36,825 nt of DNA. Source: an uncultured Candidatus Saccharibacteria bacterium (GTDB lineage Bacteria > Patescibacteriota > WWE3 > UBA101185 > UBA10185). The translations under genes and the position numbers were made by a program. The stretch covers positions 1 through 36,825 of the forward strand of contig CAZLZI010000002.1 of assembly GCA_964563965.1 (NCBI GenBank), in the 5' to 3' direction. The notes under the pieces were generated by a model that was not told where the DNA came from, ran no database searches, and saw nothing but the letters and a program-made list of their open reading frames with translations. This document shows, one piece after another, positions 26,133 to 33,299 of this stretch (position 1 is its first letter; each line of letters opens with the position of its first letter).

Positions 26133-26630
26133 TTAGTTTGTTAACATGGGACGCAGCACAATTTCTCTCAAGTCGTCTTTATCTATGAGGGCTATCTTGA
26201 CTATGCGATTAGTTATGTCTTCTGTCCCAAAAAATACTCTCCAGTCATAGTTAGGAGGTAGTTTAATATCCAGTACTTGTTCTAGTTCTGTTCCGTAAGT
26301 GAAATTCACACGTTCGTAATATAGCAATCCTTGTTCTCTAGCCTCCTCCAAAACCTCATTTATAGTATCGGTATTGTCGGTGTTGGGAAGTAGTACTTCT
26401 TTTGCTATGGTGTTATTGATGTCCATAACTATAATACGCACATCTATGTCTTTTTTATCACGGCTTTCTACCTTTTCTTCATCGGGTAATTCTTTGATAT
26501 CAATATCTGTGTTTTTTAGTGTAGTATTGATATAAAGTGACGTAAGGACAACAAAGGCAATATAGAGTAGAGGAGCTAAAAACTGAATCCGAGTCTTATG
26601 AGTTGCAATAAAATGGGTTAACTTAGTCAT
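26133..26630 (-). CDS. Hypothetical N-terminally anchored protein (possibly DUF4430-like beta-grasp)
   Basis: 165-aa ORF with a TM at aa ~17-37. The family guess is weak. A -10-like TATACT lies 6 nt upstream of the ATG. Confidence 0.6.
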   Translation of the reverse strand: MTKLTHFIATHKTRIQFLAPLLYIAFVVLTSLYINTTLKNTDIDIKELPDEEKVESRDKKDIDVRIIVMDINNTIAKEVLLPNTDNTDTINEVLEEAREQGLLYYERVNFTYGTELEQVLDIKLPPNYDWRVFFGTEDITNRIVKIALIDKDDLREIVLRPMLTN

Positions 26631-26669
26631 TTGCTAAGTATATAGTATAATAGGTTGATTTTACACTAT

Positions 26670-26746
26670 GCCTCCGTAGCTCAGTGGATCAGAGTACGCG
26701 GCTTCGGACCGCGGGGTCGGGGGTTCGAATCCCTCCGGGGGCGCCA
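26670..26746 (+). tRNA. tRNA-Arg (anticodon TCG), CCA encoded
   Basis: Hand-folded cloverleaf: acceptor GCCTCCG/CGGGGGC, anticodon stem CGCGG/CCGCG with loop CTTCGGA, T arm GGGGG-TTCGAAT-CCCTC. Confidence 0.9.
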
Positions 26747-26838
26747 TAGTAACTAGTGACAAGTAGAGATTGGCATAATAAGTCTAACCATATTATTTTA
26801 AATTAAGTCTAAAGAGCTATGGATTTGTCAACTCCTTA

Positions 26839-27672
26839 ATGGGGGAGTCTAGCAATATATTAATGATAAAATCTTTGCTATATTTTGAGCCCAATACTAC
26901 CAATGCTAAGCATGTTTCTGAAGATGCATATGCTAGTAGAGATAATGTATTTGCGGTTGCAGATGGTGTAACACATGATTTAGATGAACATGGAAACTAT
27001 CCAGTCCCTTCAGATTCAGGTCGTGTTGCAGGTATTATATGTAACTCGTTAGTCGATGAGTTGACAAAAAGTAAGCTATCTCTCACGGCAATGCAAGATG
27101 CATTTATCTCCGCAAATCTAAAAGTTAGGGCATTTAATGCAAAGAGTAATAGGTATAAAAAGCGTGAAACAAATGGCTATGATATTGGAGCAGCTACGGT
27201 AGCAGTTATAGCAATAACTGGTAATACGTTACTATATGGCGTACTTGATGATTGTTATATTTCAGTTTTTGGAAGTGACTACATAGATCATCCTATACTT
27301 CGTTCGTATGTAGATTCTTCAGCCCATTTTCTTGATAATATATACGATTGGTCCGATCTTCAAACCCGTAAGCTTTGGAGAAAAGAACTGAGAAACAATC
27401 AGTACGTAGTAAATGGCACCTCCTATGGCTATGGTGCACTCGATGGTAGAGAGGGCTTTTTACCTTATTTGCAGCTGGGAGAAGTTGAATTGCGGAGTGG
27501 CGATCTGGTGTGTGTTTATACCGATGGGTTTATTAAATTAATACAGCAAAAAGACTTTATCCAAGATTTAAGAGAAAAACCCTTCACTGAGAGTACATAT
27601 GATTTCATTCAGCAATCAGCTCAGGCACTGCACTTGCACAAGGAGAAAACAGGGTATTTTATACAAGTGTAG
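26839..27672 (+). CDS. PP2C-family (PPM-like) protein phosphatase domain protein
   Basis: VFAVADGVTHD, GAATVAVIAITGNTLLYGVLDDCYISVFG and GDLVCVYTDGF resemble PP2C_2-type metal-binding Asp motifs. Confidence 0.65.
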   Translation: MGESSNILMIKSLLYFEPNTTNAKHVSEDAYASRDNVFAVADGVTHDLDEHGNYPVPSDSGRVAGIICNSLVDELTKSKLSLTAMQDAFISANLKVRAFNAKSNRYKKRETNGYDIGAATVAVIAITGNTLLYGVLDDCYISVFGSDYIDHPILRSYVDSSAHFLDNIYDWSDLQTRKLWRKELRNNQYVVNGTSYGYGALDGREGFLPYLQLGEVELRSGDLVCVYTDGFIKLIQQKDFIQDLREKPFTESTYDFIQQSAQALHLHKEKTGYFIQV

Positions 27673-27700
27673 GTCATAATTTTCATGTTATGATATTTGT

Positions 27701-28921
27701 GTGTTGTTAACTTTTTTACGAAATATAAGGCGTCTTTCAAAGTATCGCAATATAAGACAGTATTTTCTTCTTACTATTCTTACTAATCTGTGGTTTGCAG
27801 AATCAAGTTGGTTATTCTTTTGGCGAACATTCATTTCCTATGAGGAAATCGGCATAATCGATGCCTTAGCATTTGGTTTTGGTATGTTTATTGAGATTCC
27901 TACTGGCGCTTTAGCAGATATCATTGGCAAAAGAAATACCATAATTGCATCTTATATATTCTCAGCCCTTGGTATATTTATCATGTCGCAAACCACGGGC
28001 TGGTTTCATTTGCTAGTAGGTATGCTGTTCTTCCAACTAGGTTTTGCACTTTATTCTGGAACTGCGGAGGCATTATGTTATGACAGTTTGTTAGAGGAAA
28101 AGCAAGAGGCGGAATATGAAAGCGTTATTTCTATTACAAGTATTCTGATATTGTTATCAACCATAGTAGCTACCTTTATTGGAGGTACTTTACTATACGC
28201 AGTACATATAAGATTGCCCTATATATTTTGGGGTTTGACTCAAGTAGTAGGATTGGCTGTAGCACTAACTCTTAAAGAGCCGTTGAGTGAGGTAAAGACC
28301 TTCACAGTTAACAATTATATCCATCAACTTCTGCAGGGTTCAAAACTACTCTTTTCCAAACCTCTTAGGAAATACATTGTAAGTATTTTCAGTATTCTTG
28401 GCATTTACTTTGTATATGAATTTGGAATCTTGAAACCTGCATTGGCATTAAGCTTTGGCTTTAATGAAAAAGCTTTAGGTGTGTTAACACCGATTATGTA
28501 TATCTTATCAGCGATAATGATTTATAACTTACATAAATTAAGAAAGCTTTTTGGGGATAGTAATGGACTATTAATGTTAAGCTTCGGTATAAGTGCTTGT
28601 TTACTTATCTCAACCCTAGGTCTTGGCATTTGGGGGTTTGTACCACTCATTTTACTATCCATTCTTGGTAATCTTGGTAATCCATGGTTATCAGTTATTA
28701 TAAATTCACAGATTTCTTCGGAGTATAGAGCAACTGTACTCTCGTCTGTAGCTTTTGTAACAAAGCTCCCTTATGTATTCATGTCTGTTATGTTGGGCTC
28801 TTCACTAGAGGGTGGTCTACTTTACGACTTTAACATCTTACTGTCTATTATCATTTTTGCCTCAATTTTCATCCCCATTTTGTGGTCATTTAAGGAGAGA
28901 AGAAGGGGAGTTGTACTTTAA
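27701..28921 (+). CDS. MFS transporter
   Basis: About 12 hydrophobic helices. MFS loop motif GALADIIGKRNT. GTG start, 6 nt after TGtTATGAT (27686-27694). Confidence 0.85.
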   Translation: MLLTFLRNIRRLSKYRNIRQYFLLTILTNLWFAESSWLFFWRTFISYEEIGIIDALAFGFGMFIEIPTGALADIIGKRNTIIASYIFSALGIFIMSQTTGWFHLLVGMLFFQLGFALYSGTAEALCYDSLLEEKQEAEYESVISITSILILLSTIVATFIGGTLLYAVHIRLPYIFWGLTQVVGLAVALTLKEPLSEVKTFTVNNYIHQLLQGSKLLFSKPLRKYIVSIFSILGIYFVYEFGILKPALALSFGFNEKALGVLTPIMYILSAIMIYNLHKLRKLFGDSNGLLMLSFGISACLLISTLGLGIWGFVPLILLSILGNLGNPWLSVIINSQISSEYRATVLSSVAFVTKLPYVFMSVMLGSSLEGGLLYDFNILLSIIIFASIFIPILWSFKERRRGVVL

Positions 28922-28956
28922 TAATCGCCTAAGTTTGCTAGAATAGAACGGTTCAT

Positions 28957-29031
28957 GGGGGCGTAGCTCAGTGGTAGAGCATTCGGCTCTTAACCGACAG
29001 GTCGTGGGTTCGAATCCCACCGCCCTCACCA
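28957..29031 (+). tRNA. tRNA-Lys (anticodon CTT), CCA encoded
   Basis: Acceptor GGGGGCG/CGCCCTC, D arm GCTC/GAGC, anticodon loop CTCTTAA, T arm GTGGG-TTCGAAT-CCCAC. Confidence 0.9.
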
Positions 29032-29130
29032 GAACAAGCTAAAACGTCACGTAATACCCTATAACCTAAGTATTATATAGAAATACTATTTAAACTTCTC
29101 TAACCTATAAAAGTATAGTAGAATACCACA

Positions 29131-30078
29131 ATGCCTGAGTTATATAGTCATAAACAGCATATTAAACCTGCGTCTTTTGCTGTAGGTATAACAACATGCT
29201 ACGGTCATCCCCAGCTAGTAGAAACTATAAAGTCACTGCGCTTAGCTAAACATGTTGTCAAAGATTTTCGTGTAATAGTGGTTGCAGATAGTGTAAAGTT
29301 AACTGATGAGATTATAGCCGAACTAACTGATCTGAAGGTCGAAATAATAGAAAATCTTTATGAAAGTAGTGCTTTTGCTAAGCAATTACAGATTTTAGAG
29401 CTTGTAACAGAAGACTATATAATTCTCACGCAAGATGATGTCTTATTCCATCCACTTACACTTTCAAAAGTTCTTGAAGAGTTAGCTTGTGAGGGAGTAA
29501 CCTTTGTAGGTGTTAGAAACCAACCACTTAAACCTGCTAGTCTGCTTGAGGGTGGTATTAGCATTGCTACAACTTTGTGCAATTCAATTGCTCGTAATTT
29601 CAATAATGGAGATAATTACCTTGCATGTTTAGGTAGGCTTATGGCGTTTAAGACAGAGTATCTTAAGAATATGCATGTTGAGATTGATAGTGTTTCACTT
29701 GATGCTTTCCTATACTTTGAAAATAAAAGAATAGGTGGTAAGTATGTTTGCCTATGGGATTATCCATTATACTTTAGGGCTCCTCAAAACATACTTGAGC
29801 ATTTGAGGAAAAGCTCGAGATTCCAATATTCACAGGATGAACAGGTATCATACCGACGGTTTGGTAATCTCAATAAAGAGTATATCTTACCGCTTTCAGC
29901 GATTATAAAAGGCACTATTGTTGAGTTTTTACATAATCCGCTCTATTTAACACTCTATGTGTTTATCTTCTTTTATACCAGAATCTTTAAAAGATCATTG
30001 AACAAATCTCTAATTGCAAATTGGGAAGTGGACGAATCTACAAAAGATATAAAGCTTAACTACCTTCAAACAAGTTAA
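29131..30078 (+). CDS. Glycosyltransferase family 2-like protein with a C-terminal TM segment
   Basis: FAVGITTCYG...VVADSV...ILTQDDVLF (DxD-like) is typical of the GT-A fold. TAGAAT lies 6 nt upstream of the ATG. The family call rests on motifs only. Confidence 0.6.
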   Translation: MPELYSHKQHIKPASFAVGITTCYGHPQLVETIKSLRLAKHVVKDFRVIVVADSVKLTDEIIAELTDLKVEIIENLYESSAFAKQLQILELVTEDYIILTQDDVLFHPLTLSKVLEELACEGVTFVGVRNQPLKPASLLEGGISIATTLCNSIARNFNNGDNYLACLGRLMAFKTEYLKNMHVEIDSVSLDAFLYFENKRIGGKYVCLWDYPLYFRAPQNILEHLRKSSRFQYSQDEQVSYRRFGNLNKEYILPLSAIIKGTIVEFLHNPLYLTLYVFIFFYTRIFKRSLNKSLIANWEVDESTKDIKLNYLQTS

Positions 30079-30099
30079 AATGTAGTAAAATGAACGTAT

Positions 30100-30186
30100 G
30101 CCGAAGTGGAGGAACTGGTAGACTCGCTGTCTTCAGAGGGCAGTTTCCGCAAGGAAGTGTGGGTTCGACTCCCACCTTCGGCACCA
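30100..30186 (+). tRNA. tRNA-Leu (anticodon CAG), class II long variable arm, CCA encoded
   Basis: Acceptor GCCGAAG/CTTCGGC, anticodon stem CTGTC/GGCAG with loop TTCAGAG, variable arm TTCC-GCAA-GGAA, T arm GTGGG-TTCGACT-CCCAC. Confidence 0.9.
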
Positions 30187-30210
30187 TATCTGTTGGTTAC
30201 TTGCTTGATT

Positions 30211-30219
30211 TGCTATAAT
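30211..30219 (+). promoter_or_regulatory. Extended -10 element TGcTATAAT, 12 nt upstream of tRNA-Leu(GAG)
   Basis: tgctataat at 30211-30219. The tRNA 5' end is at 30232. Confidence 0.45.
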
Positions 30220-30231
30220 GCTATAACTAGT

Positions 30232-30318
30232 GGGCAGGTGGCGGAATTGGTATACGCGCAACGTTGAGGTCGTTGTGGGGTAAAACCTGTGCAGGTTCAA
30301 GTCCTGTCCTGCCCACCA
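30232..30318 (+). tRNA. tRNA-Leu (anticodon GAG), class II, CCA encoded
   Basis: Acceptor GGGCAGG/CCTGCCC, anticodon stem CAACG/CGTTG with loop TTGAGGT, T arm GCAGG-TTCAAGT-CCTGT. Confidence 0.9.
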
Positions 30319-30332
30319 ATTAGGTGCAGCAT

Positions 30333-31421
30333 ATGAAAATAATAATTTTTGCCGGCGGAACAGGTACTAGGTTTTGGCCTCTATCGAGGAAGAAGTTTCC
30401 CAAGCATTTTAAAAAAATATTTAACGGTGAGAAGAAGCAAAAATCGACCTTGCAGTTAGCTGTTGATAGAGTTGAGAAAACATTTGGTAGCGACAACATA
30501 TACATTAGTACGAATGAAAAATATGTTTCACTTGTTAAAGATCAACTACCCCAGATATCTACTTCAAACATAATTGCCGAGCCGATGAAAAGAGATGTCG
30601 GTCCTGCGGTAGGCTTTGCTCTAATCAATTTGAGAAAGCTTGGTTACCGTGGACCGGTTGCATTGCTGTGGGCAGACCATTTAATCGCAAATGTCGACGA
30701 ATTCGTGAATGCTTTAAAAACTGGCAAAGATATAGTATATAAGACTCCTGAAAAAGTGGTGATGATTGCAGAAGAACCAAGATACGCAGAGAACAATCTT
30801 GGTTGGATTCGTATCGGTACCAATTTAACTGAGAGTATATACGAGTTTAAAGGTTGGAAGTACAGGCCGCCGCTTGAAGAGTGTGTGAGGATGTTTGAAT
30901 CACAGGAATGGAAATGGAATCCAGGGTATTTCGTTGGGGATGTAGATAACTTTCTATCTTTATTCAAGCACTACCAGCCTAATATGTATAAGATACTTAT
31001 GCAAATTGAAAGATCAATCGGTACTGCTGAAGAAACAGCAACTCTGCACAAACTTTATCCAAAGCTTGAAGCAATCCATTTTGACACCGCTATTGCTGAA
31101 AAGATTGACCATAGTGAGGCCGTTGTTGTTTGTGTACGAATGCATTGGTCAGATCCAGGTACCTTATACGCTTTGAAGGAGGGATTGATAGGCAAGACAG
31201 CTCAGAATCTCGAGAAGGGTAGGGTTTTTACACTCAGGACTAATGACTCTGTTGTTATAAATGAAGACAAGCACAAGCTTGTCACAACATATGGACTTGA
31301 CGGTATTGTTGTTGTAAACACGCCGGACGCCATGATAGTAACTCATAAGGACATGGTATCAAGAATGACCGAACTAATTGAAAGCCTTGAGAAAAGCAAA
31401 GATTTTGCTGACTTCACATGA
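30333..31421 (+). CDS. Sugar-1-phosphate nucleotidyltransferase, mannose-1-phosphate guanylyltransferase-like
   Basis: MKIIIFAGGTGTRFWPLSRKKFPKHF is the GMP/ManC-type N-terminal motif. AGGTG (30322-30326) lies 6 nt before ATG 30333. The gene starts 14 nt after the tRNA-Leu CCA. Confidence 0.85.
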   Translation: MKIIIFAGGTGTRFWPLSRKKFPKHFKKIFNGEKKQKSTLQLAVDRVEKTFGSDNIYISTNEKYVSLVKDQLPQISTSNIIAEPMKRDVGPAVGFALINLRKLGYRGPVALLWADHLIANVDEFVNALKTGKDIVYKTPEKVVMIAEEPRYAENNLGWIRIGTNLTESIYEFKGWKYRPPLEECVRMFESQEWKWNPGYFVGDVDNFLSLFKHYQPNMYKILMQIERSIGTAEETATLHKLYPKLEAIHFDTAIAEKIDHSEAVVVCVRMHWSDPGTLYALKEGLIGKTAQNLEKGRVFTLRTNDSVVINEDKHKLVTTYGLDGIVVVNTPDAMIVTHKDMVSRMTELIESLEKSKDFADFT

Positions 31422-31442
31422 TATAATCTTTGAGACGCTAGC

Positions 31443-31517
31443 GCGAGAGTGGCTCAGTGGTAGAGTGTCTCCTTGCCAAGGAGAAGGTCGCGGGTTCGAA
31501 TCCCGTCTCTCGCTCCA
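31443..31517 (+). tRNA. tRNA-Gly (anticodon GCC), CCA encoded
   Basis: Acceptor GCGAGAG/CTCTCGC, anticodon stem TCTCC/GGAGA with loop TTGCCAA, T arm GCGGG-TTCGAAT-CCCGT. Confidence 0.9.
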
Positions 31518-31526
31518 GATGTTTGA

Positions 31527-31683
31527 AGTTCCGACCATTCCGTCTCCCTAGGCTTTTGCTTGCAGTTCCGACTGACTCGTTTGGGTTACCATAAATTATC
31601 ATAGTTTTACTGCTAATTTTTGACTATATTTTTGCTATTTCCAGACTCGTCTGACCCTAGGTTAGGTGCAAAGTTCCGACCAT
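31527..31683 (+). repeat. Short interspersed direct repeats downstream of tRNA-Gly that resemble a tRNA T-arm/3' end
   Basis: AGTTCCGACCAT at 31527-31538 and 31672-31683. AGTTCCGAC at 31564-31572. CCCTAGG at 31546-31552 and 31655-31661. GACTCGT at 31574-31580 and 31644-31650. Confidence 0.7.
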
Positions 31684-31772
31684 AACATATAGCTTGTAGT
31701 GGCTTGATATTTATAGACAACAAAAAACACTTCAGATACATAAAACAAATGCTTTGACGTATAATGCCTTAT

Positions 31773-32258
31773 ATGAAAGGTGTAATTTTAGAAAATAGAA
31801 ATAAAGGATTTCGTGCAGGTGCTGTCATTGTAAAAGATGAGAAAATCCTGTTGATGCACCAGTATCTCGGTCCGCGAAAGCATGAAGGCAAAGGTGCAGA
31901 GGATTTTTATACCCTACCAGGCGGTAGTTGGGAGGTTGGAGAAACAATAGAACAAACCTGCAAAAGAGAAATTAAAGAGGAATGTGGAATAGATGTTGCT
32001 GTGGGCAGACTGATTTTTTACGTTGATACAGAATCAAGACTTGCCTTCTATTTTATTGGTGAGACTTCGGAAACCGAAATTTCTTTAGGGGGTCCTGAAA
32101 AAGAAAGGATGTCTGACCACGAAAAATACGCTGTTGAGTGGATAGAGCTCGAAAGAATAAAGGATTTAACCTTTATTCCAGCACCTGCTAAGGATGCCGT
32201 GCTAAAATATCTGGAAAATCTTAATCAACCTGCTTTTTTCTTAACTACCAATAAGTAG
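31773..32258 (+). CDS. NUDIX hydrolase
   Basis: Complete Nudix box GGSWEVGETIEQTCKREIKEECGI. I prefer ATG 31773 (7 nt after TATAAT 31760-31765), because ATG 31764 lies inside the -10 box. Confidence 0.88.
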   Translation: MKGVILENRNKGFRAGAVIVKDEKILLMHQYLGPRKHEGKGAEDFYTLPGGSWEVGETIEQTCKREIKEECGIDVAVGRLIFYVDTESRLAFYFIGETSETEISLGGPEKERMSDHEKYAVEWIELERIKDLTFIPAPAKDAVLKYLENLNQPAFFLTTNK

Positions 32259-32267
32259 CTTTTATTT

Positions 32268-32882
32268 ATGATTATTCGTTATCCAGTAAAAGATCACACA
32301 ATAAGCCAACCATTCGGCAGGGATGCCTCGAATGACCCTATTTATAAGGAGTTTTATGCCACCTTTGATTATAAACACTGTGGCGTGGATTTTCCGCTTC
32401 CCGTAGGTACTGAGGTTTTTGCCTCTTTTACTGGAGTAGTTGTTAGATGTGAAAATCATATAGGTATGGGCAATGTTGTAGGTGTAAGAAACGGAAACAT
32501 TGTAGCTTTGTACGCACATTTGTCCAAAATATTTGTACAACTTGGAGAGATAGTCAAGGAGGGTGTTTTGATTGGATACTCTGGAGATACTGGAGATGCT
32601 TGCCCTACTCCGCATTTACATTTTGAACTTAGAGATATAACAAAACCAACTCTACGGGAAATGGTTTTTGAACCGCCTTTTGATAGAGAAGCAACCCAGT
32701 ATGTTAGTACATTTAAGTATATTGTTAATAATAAAAATACTAAAAAAACATTGAAGTGTCTTTCTAAGCTTTATTTTGGAAATGAGAGCAACTGGGAGGT
32801 AATAAAAGTGTGTAATGGCCTAAGTTTTGATGAGTATTACATATTGGAAGATTCCTCAACAGTAATAATTCCAAATTTTTAG
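32268..32882 (+). CDS. M23 (LytM-type) metallopeptidase with a C-terminal LysM-like segment and no signal peptide
   Basis: HxxxD (HCGVD) and HxH (PHLHFEL) zinc motifs. The C-terminal TLKCLSKLYFGNESNWEVIKVCNGLS...STVIIP fits the LysM pattern. Confidence 0.82.
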   Translation: MIIRYPVKDHTISQPFGRDASNDPIYKEFYATFDYKHCGVDFPLPVGTEVFASFTGVVVRCENHIGMGNVVGVRNGNIVALYAHLSKIFVQLGEIVKEGVLIGYSGDTGDACPTPHLHFELRDITKPTLREMVFEPPFDREATQYVSTFKYIVNNKNTKKTLKCLSKLYFGNESNWEVIKVCNGLSFDEYYILEDSSTVIIPNF

Positions 32883-32889
32883 ACTATAA

Positions 32890-33279
32890 TTAATTTAATT
32901 CTTTTCCTGTGCACAAATGAAAATGCATCTGGTTAACTTCTTGTCTATCTCCACCATTAACCAAAAGCGTATATTCTTTCCAGTTAAGTTGTTCGACAAT
33001 GATTTTTACCGCTTTGAACACTTCGTTTACAAAGACCCTATCTGAATCCTGAAGTGAAATAATATTTTTTATCTTCTTTTTGGGAACAATTAATACATGT
33101 TGCTCCCAGAATGGTTTAGGATGCCAAAATGCAATCACTTTGTCGTTTTCATATACCCGATTCACGGGTAGTGCGCCACTTAAAGATTCGAAAGTAGTAC
33201 CAACGAGGTAATCAGCAATTGGCGTTTTTGCCATTGAGAAAAGAAATTTACCAAGTTTCATATGAAGTAATTTTATCAT
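32890..33279 (-). CDS. HIT-family nucleotide hydrolase/transferase-like protein
   Basis: Histidine-triad region VNQMHFHLC (QxHxH, first His replaced by Gln). Size and upstream region are typical of HIT proteins. Confidence 0.7.
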   Translation of the reverse strand: MIKLLHMKLGKFLFSMAKTPIADYLVGTTFESLSGALPVNRVYENDKVIAFWHPKPFWEQHVLIVPKKKIKNIISLQDSDRVFVNEVFKAVKIIVEQLNWKEYTLLVNGGDRQEVNQMHFHLCTGKELN

Positions 33280-33299
33280 AAGGGTGAATTCTAAAATCG

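Noticed and set aside
31527-31683. Repeated AGTTCCGAC(CAT) elements considered as a CRISPR array.
   Set aside because: There are only 2-3 copies of 9-12 nt at irregular spacing (37 and 108 nt). No full-length repeat/spacer periodicity is present and no cas genes are in the window.
31625-31698. Shared short words between the tRNA-Gly downstream region and the window end, considered as att core sites: TATATTTTT at 31625 and 36759, and AGCTTGTA at 31691 and 36780.
   Set aside because: Matches of 8-9 nt are expected by chance between two AT-rich segments of this size, and their relative spacing differs (66 against 21 nt).
32262-32615. 117-aa minus-strand ORF opposite the M23 peptidase gene.
   Set aside because: It is an antisense shadow. 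The plus-strand frame carries intact HxxxD and HxH M23 motifs.
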